A stretch of DNA of 64,000 nt from the human T2T-CHM13v2.0 reference genome, Homo sapiens. The stretch lies in assembly GCF_009914755.1 (NCBI RefSeq), contig NC_060929.1. One strand, given 5' to 3'. Made by a program: the position numbers and the translations under genes. A model generated the notes under the pieces. The model did no database searches, was not told the DNA's origin, and saw only the letters and a program-made list of their open reading frames with translations. This document shows positions 27,905 through 44,114 of this stretch, in pieces (position 1 is the stretch's first letter; the number at the start of each line of letters is the position of its first letter).

Positions 27905-29754
27905 TCTTACTGGGTGGTTTTTATGCACCCTGACTTTTCTACTACTTGATTAAAAGACTAGGCAATTCCCCTTGAGATTTGTTCCTCCACGCAATGTGCT
28001 GTAATTGCAACAGAGTGCTTGATACAGCAGCAATGAGCACTATTCTGTAATAAATTTGGGTCACTGCACGGTTCATCATGTAGTCCTTGGCAACAGGAGA
28101 TAAAGCACTGGTTAGTGCCTCTCGCTTTTAGCTGCAGTGTCACTGGTTCTCCTGCCTAATTATATTAACAGAGCTAAATGTACGCAAATTGTCCCTGTCC
28201 TAGGTCTTTCCCTTCCCACTGTCTCCATAATATTTCATCTCCAGAACACATTTCTTACAACAGTAATGTGAGTCAGAGGTGTGGAAGTGTGAGCTGCCAA
28301 GAAAAAGACAATTCCCTTCTTGTTGCATCATCCTCTTCATTTTCCTGTTTCCTCAAATCAATATTTTAAAAATCTTTTAGTTCACACAAATTCTCTCATC
28401 TATTTCTCTGATGGAAAATCAAATAGAACTTGTATAGGGTTTTCTAAAGTGCTGATTCCTATAGCTAAGTATTCGAATAAACTTAGTGCATTTCTTTAGA
28501 GAAATGTTTTTTGCTTGCTTCATTACCCTTACACTTCAGAGTTTTTATTTGCAGATTGTAGTTCACAGGAATTAATTTCTGATGCCTCTAAACACATTTT
28601 ACAGGGCTACCGGCAAGATTTAACCCTTTGCTTTCAAGTCTGCACATCCTTCCCGTCATCTCTTTCCAGACCCTTCTATAACCACACCCATATCATGCTC
28701 TCTTTCTCTCCCCTAACCCTGCCCTGAAAAATCCAACATCTATTAATTCTCAAATTTGGCTCAGTGAAACTTTAAAAAATTATTGCTTTAATAGAATTTG
28801 GGGCAGGAGGATTCAATAAAAGGAATTCATGCGATAGAGCCAAAATAAGTATTAGAAATATTAGAGAGATGGAATGGTTTCTTTTTAACTCCAGCGCACA
28901 TATTTAAATCAGTGAACTGTATGCAGTAGGTTTCAGACTGACGCCTGAGACATGCATTTTGCTTTTGAAGATCTTTGCCTTAAAACACTTTTGAAGCATT
29001 TAATAAGTGAGTTAGGACTGTGTAAATCTTGTTAAAGCAAGTGAACATGAAGTACACAGCTGAAAAGGCAGCCTGTTAACGCTTGGAGGGAAATGAGTGT
29101 CCTTATTCTGCTCTTACATCAGTATCGGGGTGAAGCTGGAATGCTCACTTTTACCTTGCCTCGTAATGATAAAAGTTCTCTACCTTTTGAAGCGTTAAGA
29201 CTCTACCATAAACAGATACTTCGCTTGCTGTTTTTTGTTATTTATCTTGACAAGGCTTTTATTTTTATTTTTTGACTTTGCTTTTCACAGAGCATCACAA
29301 GCTTTCTTAATCCTGTGTAAATGTAGAGAATAACCTTCCCCAGCTGTGACCAGTAACATAGAAATCCTCGCGAATCAGACTTGTCATGCCATAGTAAATC
29401 CCTCAAAACTAAGCGAGAACCTGAAAAAGCAGATGACCACCCCCAGGTGCTTTGTCATCAACAGTAAGAGGAAAATATCCCAGGGATGTAGGTACCTGAG
29501 AAACCAAGAACCAAATGCCTGGGATATATGGAAATTTTTTTGTGGTACCAGAGAACCAAGTTCCTCAAACCCTATGTGACACCATATCTTCCCACAGACA
29601 AAAAAAAAAAAAAAAGTCACTTTGGTCTTCATCCCAATTGGCACCAAATATTCTGAAAAGAGCACAAATAAGCAACAATTTTCTATGAGCATATAACTAT
29701 AATTTTTGATAACCAACCATAGATTTTGCAGACAATAAACCTCTTATTTATAGT

Positions 29755-29885
29755 TGACTTTGAGCCTCTCTGGATCTTATTTTTCTCTCCTGTATTATGG
29801 GACAATATTTATCTTGCATGGTTGCTGAGAGAATTAAATGAACTCCAACATCACTAAAGCACCTGGCACAGGGGACAAACACAAC
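29755..29885 (+). mobile_element. MIR
   Basis: 'ggttgctgagagaattaaatgaa...aaagcacctggcacag'. Confidence 0.55.
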
Positions 29886-32559
29886 AAATTTCAAGTCGCT
29901 ATCATTCCCACTCTGAAGTGTAAAAACCATGTCTCGTTATGCAGAGAAAATGCATTTTAATAATCTTGACAATAGACTTGAAAGTGTATTAAACATAGTC
30001 CACATTCAACCTATTATAAACTCTTAGAGCACTTATTATAGTGAATCCTATTGTACTTTCTTTCTTTTTTTCCTCCCAAAAGAATACTGGAGTCATTTAT
30101 TTCCTTGCAGGAGCACTGTGGATGTCTTTGTAAGTCTGATAGCATTATCTGACAAATAATCAATGTTTGGCTGTAACCCGAGGGCCTCCAGAGCTAGAGG
30201 ACATTAGTCAGCATGGTATCATGGAGAAGGAGGCAAATCCAGCATAAATTGTTTTCTGTGCTGAAATTATCAGGTGATTTTTGCCCAGGACTTTCCATCA
30301 TAACACTTCCTATAGGATTAGATTTGAAGCTCAGAATTATTTTGATTATTCATCATGTCATCTTTTGTATCTCGACAGCTTTTCTTTCACAAACTTATTA
30401 TAGCAAAAGCCCAGCTGAATGTTTCCCGACATGTATCAGTAAAGTGACAGAACAGCTCTATATCCTTATGCTCTTCATTTTGCAGAGAGGTTAAAGTGAC
30501 CTTTTAACAGACCCACAATAAAATTGGAATATGAAAAGAGTGTGAGGCCCAGGTATAAAACACGCTCCAACCTAGCTGACATAAATACTAATAGGATGGA
30601 ATAATTTGAGTGGACAGAGGAAAAATAAATCAAAGTCACTCACACTTAAATGTATAAAACTATTGTAGAGACACAGAGCATGACTAAAGGTCTGATTTAT
30701 TTCTGGCAAAGCCCAGTAAAATTGAAATACCTAATACCATATTCCAAACCACCTTCAGAAAGGCATACGTTTAGATATTCTTTCTTGCTTCCAAAATGTG
30801 TTCTTTCTCTGTTATCTGCCAAAGGGGAAGCATGAAGCAGACTGATTAGAAAAAATCACTAGTATATCTTTTGGAAGTGTAAGAAAAGTGAACATATAAT
30901 TTACGTATACTATCCAGTCTTGTGTTATAAATACATGATGCTTTCTCATCTCAACTACCTGACTTTATATAACATACTGCAAATAGAAATCTGGGGTTAG
31001 ACCAAAAATTTTTTAAACTTGAAAGTGAATTGGACATAAGAATCAGTTCTTTTCTACCTTGTATACATAAGCATATAATTGTGAAAATCTAGGGTGTTTT
31101 GGTGACTACAGCCAGTTTTGTTATTTTGAGGGATCTGCAAAATCAGAGCCATTGTTGAAGTGAGAATTAAAAATTACAATGGGTCCTCCCTACTGAGATA
31201 CAATAGAGAACAGCAGAAGAGTGGGGAAAGAAAAGTTCAGGGCCATACTGAGGTCACGGGAGTTTCCTGAGAGATAGTAATTATTAAGAATAACCACACC
31301 AGAAATGATGTTTGCTCTTACAAGGGTATCCGGGACAACAGGGTTAAGAATTTGAGACCTTGACCTAGGAGACAGAGATTTGTAAAGTGAGCTACTCTTG
31401 GAATATTAACTTGATAAATTAGGTTTTAAATTCCTAGTCTCTCATCTCTTCGAGCCATGCAAAAGAGACTGAAGTCCAAAGCCCCCTGAATGCAAGCTCC
31501 AATCTACAGACTTTTCATGAGAAAGTCTGCAGTCTCAATTCGAGACAAAGCCTGATCTCAGGGCAGCCAGTCTTCAGCAAATAATCTTGGCATTTTAAGT
31601 GGTGTTTAAAATGTTCTATACCATTAAAACTCTTTTGATGTTGAATCTAAGAGCATTCTAAAGAACATGGCAATAATGAACCCAAGCTGCACACCAAATT
31701 CTAGGTAACATAAGAAGCTCTTTGAAACATCTTCAATTCAAATTCTAACATACAGTGTCCAGAAGAAACCGCAAAACAAGAAAGCTTAAGTTTTTAATTT
31801 ACATTTGGAAAATGATGAATACGAAATTTTAAAATGGTATTGTACAATCTCTCTTAACTTTGGAAATGAATAAAATGGTGATTATTTAACAAAGATGTAA
31901 TTGCAGGTGACTTATGGCAAGAAGCCCATTACCATGATTTATCCAAGCAATAAGCATTTATTAAACATCTACTATAAACATTTATTGAGCATCTAACATT
32001 ACACCTGAAGCAAAACTACTCAAGATTGCTCTTGTGAGAGGCAGCACAATCACAAATCAATGACTGCAATTCCGTTTCTCCCTCCTAGCTTTTTATTTAA
32101 GGCTCATATTTGAATTTGTTTTCAGTCTTCTCTGTCCACAGCATCTTTATATACAACCCATGTCCCCCCTAAGGCAGACACACAGCTCTCTCCTTGTGTT
32201 CCTCAGTTCTGCCACTCTGAAAATGTGCCTACCTCTTTGAGGGGCTCCCAGAGGCTTCCAACATAAATTGTGTGCATGCCACATGCCACATAGCCTGTGC
32301 TTTAATTGGCCATCCCAAATATACCTTTCAAATTCAGTAAAAATTCATTCCATAGTCCCATGTGTGATATAGTATCAAACAAAGAGATAGAAGATAATAT
32401 TTTAGTTTATGGATATCTCCCATAAGGGTGCTCATATTTGACATCTATTCATTACTTATGTCTTTCTCCCAAATGCAGAGCAAAGTGAGACCAGGAATGC
32501 TTTAAAGTGATTCCTGTAGCTGTTGATCAGTGAGAAGAATAAGTAGTTTATCAACCCAA

Positions 32560-32708
32560 ATATTAGCATTACCTGGATAATTCTGTAAAAACACAAATGC
32601 TCAGATACTATCTCTGGAGATCTGGATTCAGTAAGTTTAGGGGCGAAGACTATCTGATTTTTTCTACTCTCTAGTAATATTGGTGTATAGTAAGGGCTGA
32701 GAAAACCA
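32560..32708. mobile_element. MER5-type hAT-Charlie fragment
   Basis: 'attagcattacctgg...aaatgctcag...gattcagtaagtttagggg...gggctgagaaaacca'. Confidence 0.55.
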
Positions 32709-33123
32709 AGATAGGAAAATTTTTAAGTTCCATCAGAACTAATAATTTATAGCTCCATGCTATGTGTGGTTAGATACTGGAACCACCTGGACAGAAAGCT
32801 TTGATGGAGGGCAGGAAAGAAGGAAAATGAAATACACAAAACATGGAGTGTGACCCCAGCAGAGCAGACCCCATTGAACTCTACGGCAGGGTTTCCTGGG
32901 TTTCTAGATGAACGGAAAGGAGTCACCAGCTGCTTTTGATGGTGTTAAAAGACATAACAAAATAAATGAGTGCATAGCATATAGGGGTAGAAGAGTGTTT
33001 GAAGATTAATTCTAAGCACTCAATCATTTTGTTTAGGGCCTATGTTGCCCATCTATCACTAAAATGATAGCCGAGTAAGGTGAACATGCATGATATGGTT
33101 GCTACAAACTGGATCCGCTTTGA

Positions 33124-33522
<399 letters not shown>

Positions 33523-33724
33523 GACTTCACTCTTCACATAGTTGTTAGTTGCAGTGAGGGCCATATGTGTTCTGCATCATCCAGCAAATGTGAGCAGAGA
33601 ATGTGGACCCATCTTTCACTGCGAAAACTGACATCCAGAAGCATTCATTTCCAACCAGCACACATTGCCTTGATGGCCATGCTGGCAATGGGCTGTTGAT
33701 GTCCCGTCTCCACCCGCTCGGCCC

Positions 33725-33972
33725 CAAGGTCAACATCTCCATTAAGCAGAGTAGGCACAGTGCAAGGGCCCACGATAGTGTTGAAGTTCATAAAAAATGT
33801 TTTAGTTTCATTTAAAATCTGGAAAAAATTAACTTTTAGGTCAAGAACATGTTAACCTATTCATCTTTGTATGAACGCAGTTGTAAAATATAATTCTAAT
33901 ATGATTTTAGGAAGGAAGAGGTCCATGAAGGCAAAATTGGCTAGGACCCATAAAAGTCACAAGGTAGTCCTG
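33725..33972. mobile_element. MER53-like hAT MITE
   Basis: 'gtaggcacagtgcaagggcccacgata...aaaaatgttttagttt...ctaggacccataaaagtcacaaggtagtcctg'. Confidence 0.6.
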
Positions 33973-33984
33973 ATTGTCCTTAAT

Positions 33985-34150
33985 CATGGCCAGCTATGTG
34001 ATTTGTATGTTTTTTATGCAAAATAAAAAATGCAGGGCCTCTTGTTCAAAATATTATAAATTTCAAGGTGGTGACGGTAGAGCATTAAACCAAGCATGGG
34101 GCCCTCTGAGCATGGTACCCTGTGCAACCTGTCTTGAGAGGTGGCTGATG
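33985..34150 (-). mobile_element. MER45A hAT-Tip100 MITE
   Basis: 'aaatgcagggcctcttgttcaaaa...ttcaaggtggtgacggtagagcattaaaccaagcatggggccct'. Confidence 0.75.
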
Positions 34151-34746
34151 GGAACCATATTTTTGTTAGAATCTAATATTTCATGAGCCAAGCCCAGAGT
34201 CTTCATCTCTATTTTTGACCCAACTTTCTGCATTTCTAATCCCTTTCTTCCTCCGTGTAACTCCTACCAAAATTAGACAACAATAGGACAAGAGTGTTGA
34301 AGAAAGACATTGGCTATTGTGGGCATTGGGTTGAGAAATTTTATTCTCTTTTTGACTATCATTACTCTTATGATACTTCAGTTCCACCCTATCATCGACC
34401 ATCAGACAGAGGATATTTTTTCCTTGTTAACCCACAAATATAACATTTAGTGACCTTGAAATTATGAGTGTTAAAGACATCATACCTTATCTTAACATGT
34501 CATTGTCACCAGGTAAGGTCCCTGTTACTATTGCTTTGAAACAAACCACAGTTGGTAAAGGAACTTCTACTGTTAAACCTATCTCAACACAAAGTCGGCG
34601 TTATTTATTTATGATGTTACATGAATCATCTGCACTTTCCCTGATAAGCCCTAGGCTGTGTGTCTTTCATTTCAGCTGACATTTTGCTGCCATTTGCCAG
34701 GCTAAGTAACTACCGTGCAATCACTCTGAGCTGATGCATGGTCATT

Positions 34747-34990
34747 GTTTTGCACAAAATGGATTTTTAAGTCAGCTGAAAGGCTTTCTGAAGAATATAA
34801 TTTGACAAAGTAAATTTTTGCTCATATAACAGAAATCAGCCAGGGCTGTACCAAATGTATTTTTTAAGATAGCTAAAAGGATTTCTGCAGAGAGTTTGAC
34901 AAAGTATTTTACTTTTGTGCACAAAGCAAAAATTGATTAGTTTTGAACAAAAAGGATTTCTCAGGGTGCTGAAAGGCTTTTCTCTGGAAT
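34747..34990. repeat. Degenerate ~97-bp tandem repeat, about 2.5 copies
   Basis: Units begin near 34751, 34847 and 34944. Each has the motif 'tg.ac.aaa.g.attt...gct(g/a)aaagg(c/a)ttt'; the first two continue 'tttgacaaagta'. Confidence 0.75.
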
Positions 34991-35530
34991 TAAATATATT
35001 CTTTGGCTTGCAGGATAAGGTATTTGAAAGTAGTGTCTGAGAAGACAAATAGTTGTCAGTGACATTTTTTTTTTCAGAAACAAGTTAAAAGAATCTACTT
35101 AAATGACATTTTCAACCTGGTTTGGCTCCAGATCTCTCACTGCTTACAGAAAGATGACCCATTTTCCAGTGTACGAGGCTTGTTGCATGATTCATTCTCT
35201 TGTTTGATCCTGCTCCTAAATTGATAGAATCATTGAGTAGACATTTCACTGAACACTTTTCCCCCTTCAGTTTAACTATAGGAGACAAGAAATCTGAACA
35301 AATTGAAGGGCAAGGAGTTTTAACTTAAATTGTTTAGCTTCAGGGAAATTTTGCTGACAATTTTCCAATACCCACAGTACTTCTATTTGAGGAGAGGAGG
35401 TGATTTGGAAACATGCAACTTATACAAAAACTGATTCCATTTTTTCTAAACGTGTCAGTCTGCTGCCATGGAAAGTTTTAAAACTGGAAGATAAATGCAA
35501 TGACCTACTTATCCAATGTGCTATGAGAGT

Positions 35531-35579
35531 TGTGTGTGTGTGTGTGTATGCACTCGTGGGGGTGTGTGTGTGTATGTGT
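35531..35579. repeat. Interrupted (TG)n microsatellite
   Basis: Directly visible. Confidence 0.85.
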
Positions 35580-36171
35580 TAGTCAGGGGTGGTTGTGAGC
35601 AAGTATGTGGTGTGGCTATGACACCAATCAAATTTTTGGACAGTGATCCTTTTTCAAATGAAAAGGTTGCTTTTAGGAGTACATGTAAAAATAATTTACA
35701 ACCAAATATCTTGGTATATATCTTGAATTTTTAATGCATTTTTTACACTTTTTTTATGCTGGTACAAAGTTTGAATTACTTTTTCCAGCTTAGTTTGTAC
35801 TCCCTGCCTAAGATCATGAGAGGGCAGCGTCAAATCATCCTTTCCTATCATTTTTGGTTACACCATTAAATTAAATACAAAGTCCAAATTTAAAAGTTCT
35901 TCATTAAGAATAAATTGTTAAAGGTTTAGAAATTAATCCCTGATATATACTATTACCTTTTTTATATTTAGAAATTAAAGGCAGCTTATTTTTAAGAGTT
36001 TCATTGCTTAACAAGATTGTATTCATACATTTGAAACAAGTTCTTGATTTATTTACATTAATGGACACAGGAGATTGAATATATGATCTTATTTTTGTCC
36101 TTGTTTCTAGTTCCAAATCAAAGTAATTTAAGGTAAATAGAATCCTCTTTTCCACAAGATGTTCCTTATCT

Positions 36172-36332
36172 TTTTTTATTTTTTTATTTCAATTTAATTT
36201 TTTTAAATTTTATGGGTACATAGTAGGTGTATATATGTATAGAGCACATGAGATGTTTTGATACAGGGATGCAATGTGAAATAAGGAAACCATAACGAAT
36301 GGGGTGTCCATACCCTCAAGCATTTATCCTCT
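36172..36332 (-). mobile_element. L1MA 3' end fragment
   Basis: T-rich tail followed by 'atgggtacatagtaggtgtatat...catgagatgttttgatacagg...ccctcaagcatttatcct'. Confidence 0.8.
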
Positions 36333-36822
36333 TTGTCATGTTGTTTTCAAAGTAGAGACTTTTAAATAAAGAAAATGAGAGTTGGTGGGTCAGCTCTTTT
36401 CATTTTATCATTCACCAATATGAGGAACACACATCCACACATATGCTTACATACATATCGTTATTATGGCACTACCTCCCCTAAGGTTCGACAGTAAACA
36501 GTAAGCACAATCATTTTATTGACCAAGTCTCTGACTTACTGTCAAAACTAAACAGAACAAAAGTAGGGCAAATCTACAGGACATTGATTACTAACCTATT
36601 TTTAAAAGGAGACTAACCCAACATGTGCCATTTTGCCTGATACCTTACTAATTTCACACCATGTCTTAACTATATGGTATCACAAGCAAGTTTAAAAGAG
36701 CAGTGTTTCTAGTCCATGGCTTATCCAAAGAAACCATTCACTGCAAATGTCAAATCCAGTGAGGTGAAACATGAACAAGTATGAGAGGTTAACCCTTGGC
36801 ATGTGGTTCCAGGGTGTGGGGG

Positions 36823-39364
<2,542 letters not shown>

Positions 39365-40239
39365 GGGGCGAGGAGTTACTACACCCTGGAGACAACAACA
39401 GAATGACAATGACACACAATAGGCACAACCAGTTTGCTAAACTCCCTGAGATATTTGGCATGGGATACCAAGTGATTAGGTTCAAATGAATACTTGTTGT
39501 ACTAATTGTGAAGATGATTCAATAAGACCAACACTTCAAATTGAAAAGGCAAAAAATATGCATATATCTTCAAATGTTTCAGAAAAAGAGCTACTTAATG
39601 TCAATGTGAAAGCAAGATGAGCCCATAAGCATTAAGAAGGAGCTGAACACTGATAGAAACAGAGAAAAATCTAACTGTCCATGAAGGCCTACTTCATAAT
39701 GACAAACAATGGCATTTTCCCAGAAAAATGGAGGAATAGAAAGCCCCTGAGTTGCTAAGGAAGAAGTACTCGTGGAAATGCCAGGTCCTAACCATTGCTC
39801 ATTCAGAAGCTGCAACTAATATTAAGAAAATTACAATGTGGAAGCTTGGGCCTTGTCCATTCAAATTCATAACTACAAACTCAAATCACTTCTTTAAAAG
39901 CTATAGCTGTAGCTTATAAGAGCTAGTAGTGAGTTATTAAGTCATATGATTTTTTTTGGTGATGGTACATTCAAATGTGAGTGTGCGTTGTCAGCAGCAC
40001 ATTTCAAAAAAAGTGACATTAACTCATCACATTTTCTTAAATAAAATGTGCTTGATATCTCCACAAATGGGGCAAAGGAGAAGGAAATCCCAATGATTCC
40101 AAGCAGTGAATTCTCCGCTACTTCTCTGCTACATCATCAAAATGTAAGTTACAATCAGATTTAGCTTGATTTTAGGGGAAAAATATAACTGGATATTTTC
40201 TGCACCTGAGCATATTTGCAAATTCATACCCATTGTACT

Positions 40240-40555
40240 TACATCACTATGTACCAAGCACTTACTAGGCCCCATGGTGAAAGAATTGAGACTCAGAGAA
40301 GTCAAGTGACTTGTCAGAGGCAGGTCTCAAATCCAGTTCTGTCTGAAGCCAAAACCTCTACTCTTGATTTGAACACTGTGATACACCAGTCCCCATGCTG
40401 ACATATATAACCTGTATGTCCTATTATATATATACCTCAGTTTATTCATCTACAATCTAGTAATAATAATGCCTACCCCATGGGAATATTATTCTGAAGA
40501 TTAAATGAGAAAATGCATGTAAAATACTTAGCAAGGGGCCTGGCACATTGGAATG
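40240..40555. mobile_element. Two MIR fragments (minus 40240-40385, plus 40432-40555)
   Basis: 'aattgagactcagagaagtcaagtgacttg' and 'cctcagtttattcatctacaat...gattaaatgagaaaatgcatgtaaaatacttagca...cctggcaca'. Confidence 0.65.
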
Positions 40556-41899
40556 GTGGCCATCTCCCATCTGCTCAATTGTCGTTACACTCCAGGCTAG
40601 GGGTTCCTGACTTGGATTCATGGATGAGCTTCAGATGACAGCAAAACCCCTGAAGTTGAAAGCACTAGGTTGTGTAGATGCACAGACATGCATGCTTATA
40701 GTACTGAGTCAGATCTAACAGCCAGGGCATGGGAGATGGGGAGCTGATTGAAAAAATAAAAATCCCACTCAAGGGAAGTGTGATTTCATTGAGAAGCCCT
40801 GGCATCTTCCCTTCAGGGAGCTCATGACAATTAAAGGGACATATAGATCATTTTAAAATTCTTATAACAGCAAGAAAACATTAACAGATCAAATATTAGT
40901 CAATGTCTCCAACTGAAAGCCAGACTACTTTAGCTAAAAATTAATGAAAAATTACTCTTAGAACCTATGCTTGAAATTTCCTGGCTATGATATTGAGGCT
41001 CAATTGATATAATTCCGATTGCCCACTAAGTTTCATTTTCTGACTCACCATTCCATAAAACTTCAATTTTGAAAGAGGAATAATTATTTCAGGAGAACTT
41101 CCAAGTTGGATTTGAAAAATCTTCCATGCTTTTTCAAAGTTCTAAGAGCATTAAATAAGATTGAGGTAAATTATTGGTAGCTTTAGCACATTTATTTTTA
41201 TTTGGAAGTTGCAAAATAGGCATTTACTTTATTTTCTTTCCACATGGTGTTTGAAACTCTGGAAATGGCATAGAAAAATTCAGATTTTTATCTTCCATTG
41301 AAACACTTGAACATCTGGCAACATGCCAACACTAGAGCCACATCTTCAAGTGGCAACAAATGGCTGGAGCAAAGGGACAGCTGCTTCTGTTAGCATCCTT
41401 GTTCCCAATTTACCATAGTCACCAACATTCTTTCATGTCTAACGAGAGCCCTCTTCACTCATTTATAATACCTGTATTTGAGTTTTTGATCCCTGGTATG
41501 GAAACGGAGAAGAATTACAAAAGCAGCTGTGCTCATCAAATGTGCTAATTTGGATCATCTATCCACCGAAAACTGCCTTATTAACTGGACTGTCATAAAC
41601 TGCAGTTTAGGTGGTCTTCTGTGAAGGTGATTTAGCATTGTCCAATTCAAATCTTGCTAGATTGACAGCCAAGGAAATAAGGAGCAATATCTATGCAGCA
41701 GAAGCTAGAGAGATTAGGGAAGTATTGACAAAGAAATTGGTTTTTCCTAGAGTCCTGCACATGTTGGCCTAATACCAGTGTGGACAATCATTAGCTAAAA
41801 CACTTTACCATTGACATTAGAAGATAAATCTTGGACTGAAGTTTTATGGGCTTCCCTCCATAAAACTGGACTCCAATACACTGAAAGTGCATTTTCTTC

Positions 41900-42220
41900 C
41901 CAGTTCATTTATTTACTGAGTGCCATTATGTAATAAACACTGGGAAGAGAGAAAGAAGAGATACGAAAGACAGTCTCTGCACTTGTGAAACTGTCAAACT
42001 AGTCAGGAAAACTGACATGAAAACAATTAAATGTAATCTATGGCTGATGATGTAACGTGACTGATTTGGAGAAAAGACAGATGAGGTAGGGAAGATAGAC
42101 CGGATACTGGAGGATAGGGGCAGGGAAGGGAAGAGGGAATAGACCTACTAGAATATTCCAGAGAAGAAATTAAGACAGGTTGAACCAGACTAGAACTAGA
42201 AATGGAAGGAAAATGTAATG
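41900..42220 (-). mobile_element. L2 fragment
   Basis: 'ttcatttatttactgagtgccattatgt...gacagtctctgcacttgtgaaact...agacatgaaaacaatt'. Confidence 0.5.
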
Positions 42221-42723
42221 TATTTAACAACAGACACTCAGGAGCTCATTGTGCAAAAGGAAGGCCAGTTCACCCAAGTTCACACAGGGAAATTCTGGTC
42301 AAATTTCGAGGAAGGGTGTGAAAGTGTGGTCTTGTAGGCCCCTTTAGATTCAATCATATAACCAGTTACAGCATTTGTTCTCTGCTTTACCACAGTTCCC
42401 ACCACTCCCTAATGTCCAACACCAATTCACTTGGCTCACCAACCACGTTTAAAATACCATATTTAAAATTAACCATGCTTTTTGTTTGTTTTAATGTGCT
42501 TTGTCTAGGCCCAAAATGAATCATACAATTTTGGCCTGAATTGTCATTCTCTATGAAGCTTCCTGGGCATCCACATCCCCTCACCCCAACTGTCCACACC
42601 TCCTCTGTCTTCCCACAGAGATGTTGCCATGCTTGTTTTCTAGCATTTACTGTACTATATTATAATTAGTTACTTATATATCTCTCATGCCAGCTTATGT
42701 TCAAAGCATCTGCAATATAGAAC

Positions 42724-42892
42724 TGTAGTGGGTTGAATAATATTCCCCACCCAAAAGATATACCTACCTGGAACCTATGAATGTGACTGCATTTGGAAAA
42801 AGGGTCTTTGAAAATTAAGGATCTCTAGATAAGATTAAACTGGACAATTTGAGTGGACCCTCAATCCAATGATGTGTCCTTATAAGAGACAG
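42724..42892 (+). mobile_element. MLT1 (B/C/D) LTR 5' fragment
   Basis: 'tgtagtgggttgaataat...ggaacctatgaatgtgactgcatttggaaaaagggtctttg...ccaatgatgtgtccttataagagac'. Confidence 0.75.
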
Positions 42893-43589
42893 TCACTGTG
42901 CAATGGCTGGTTCCCTTATGCTGATGTCCAAACTGGCTGCTGCCGCCAGCCAGTCCCTACTAAGGGCCCAGGAGGCTTCTCTCCACTTGCTGGATTGCTG
43001 ATGCCTAAGAAAAGCCACACTTGTGGCTTCATATGGATTTTGTAATACCTTTCTCTTCCCCAGCAATGACTCTCATCCTCCCCTCATTCTGATATGAGTC
43101 TACCACTAGACCTAACATTTGGCTTTCAAACACATTTTTTTAAAAATAAGGCATTTTAATGTTAATTGCTCATATGTGGCTAAATGAAAGGACAAAAGTA
43201 GGCTAGAAATAGCATATACAGTTTGGTATCACAAAAAAAGGTTAAAATAAAGATTAGCTAGATAGCTGAGGATAGGAAGATAAAGGAACTGAAATAATAA
43301 CAGTGAATATTTCTAGGTAGTAAGAATGCTGGTTATATATTTTTTGGATTGTTCTATATTCATAAGTTTTAACTGATCATAGATATAAAACAACAGATGC
43401 TTTAAAATTAGTAAAAATATAATGAAAACACAAAATAAAGGGGATAAATTCTTGAGTTTTCAGAAGCTGAGATGAGCACCGGTCCAGGAAATTAACACTT
43501 GCATACAAGTTGCCCAGAGTATGAATTCACAGGTTTATTATAGTACGTAATGCAACATCAAACACATGAGGGAAGGGAGAGAAAAATGC

Positions 43590-43810
43590 AGGGCAGTGGT
43601 TAGAAGCTCCTAAGTTGGAATCCCACTCCTTTAATAGCCATGTGACCTTGAACAAATGTCTTAAACATTCTAAGCCTCAGTTTCTTTCACTGTAAAGTGA
43701 GAAAAATAATGGCTCTCCTTTCAAAAAGCTGTTAAATTAAATAAGGTAGTATATAAAAATCACTTGACATAATATCTAATATATAATAAGCTTCAAATAA
43801 ATGTCAACAA
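43590..43810 (+). mobile_element. MIR
   Basis: 'gcagtggttagaagc...tgtgaccttgaacaaatgtcttaa...gcctcagtttctttcactgtaaagtgag'. Confidence 0.75.
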
Positions 43811-43827
43811 TCTATTGATTATCAACA

Positions 43828-44114
43828 TGTAAAAAGCATGTGGTTTATATCACATTTTCACTTAGCACCCTCCACCTAGTAACCTCCACCTAGCAAACTC
43901 CATTTAACCCAAAATAAAGGGTCTTGATCCCCTGTATGGCCTGTGTTCCAGGGGATGGGCCAGGGATTTGGATGTCCTTCACAGATAAAGAGTGAATCTC
44001 TGGGTTGGACACTCCTGGATTCCTTAGCTTTACTCTGAACCAACACTCTTCTTAGACTATAGAGTCATTCTCAGGGTATGCTTCATTTATGGCTGACTGC
44101 CACCTCTGCCATAC
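43828..44114 (-). mobile_element. MER54/MER73/MER74-group ERVL LTR, partial
   Basis: Reverse complement begins 'tgtatggcag...gcataccctgagaatgac...ctaaggaatccaggagtg'. Confidence 0.65.
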
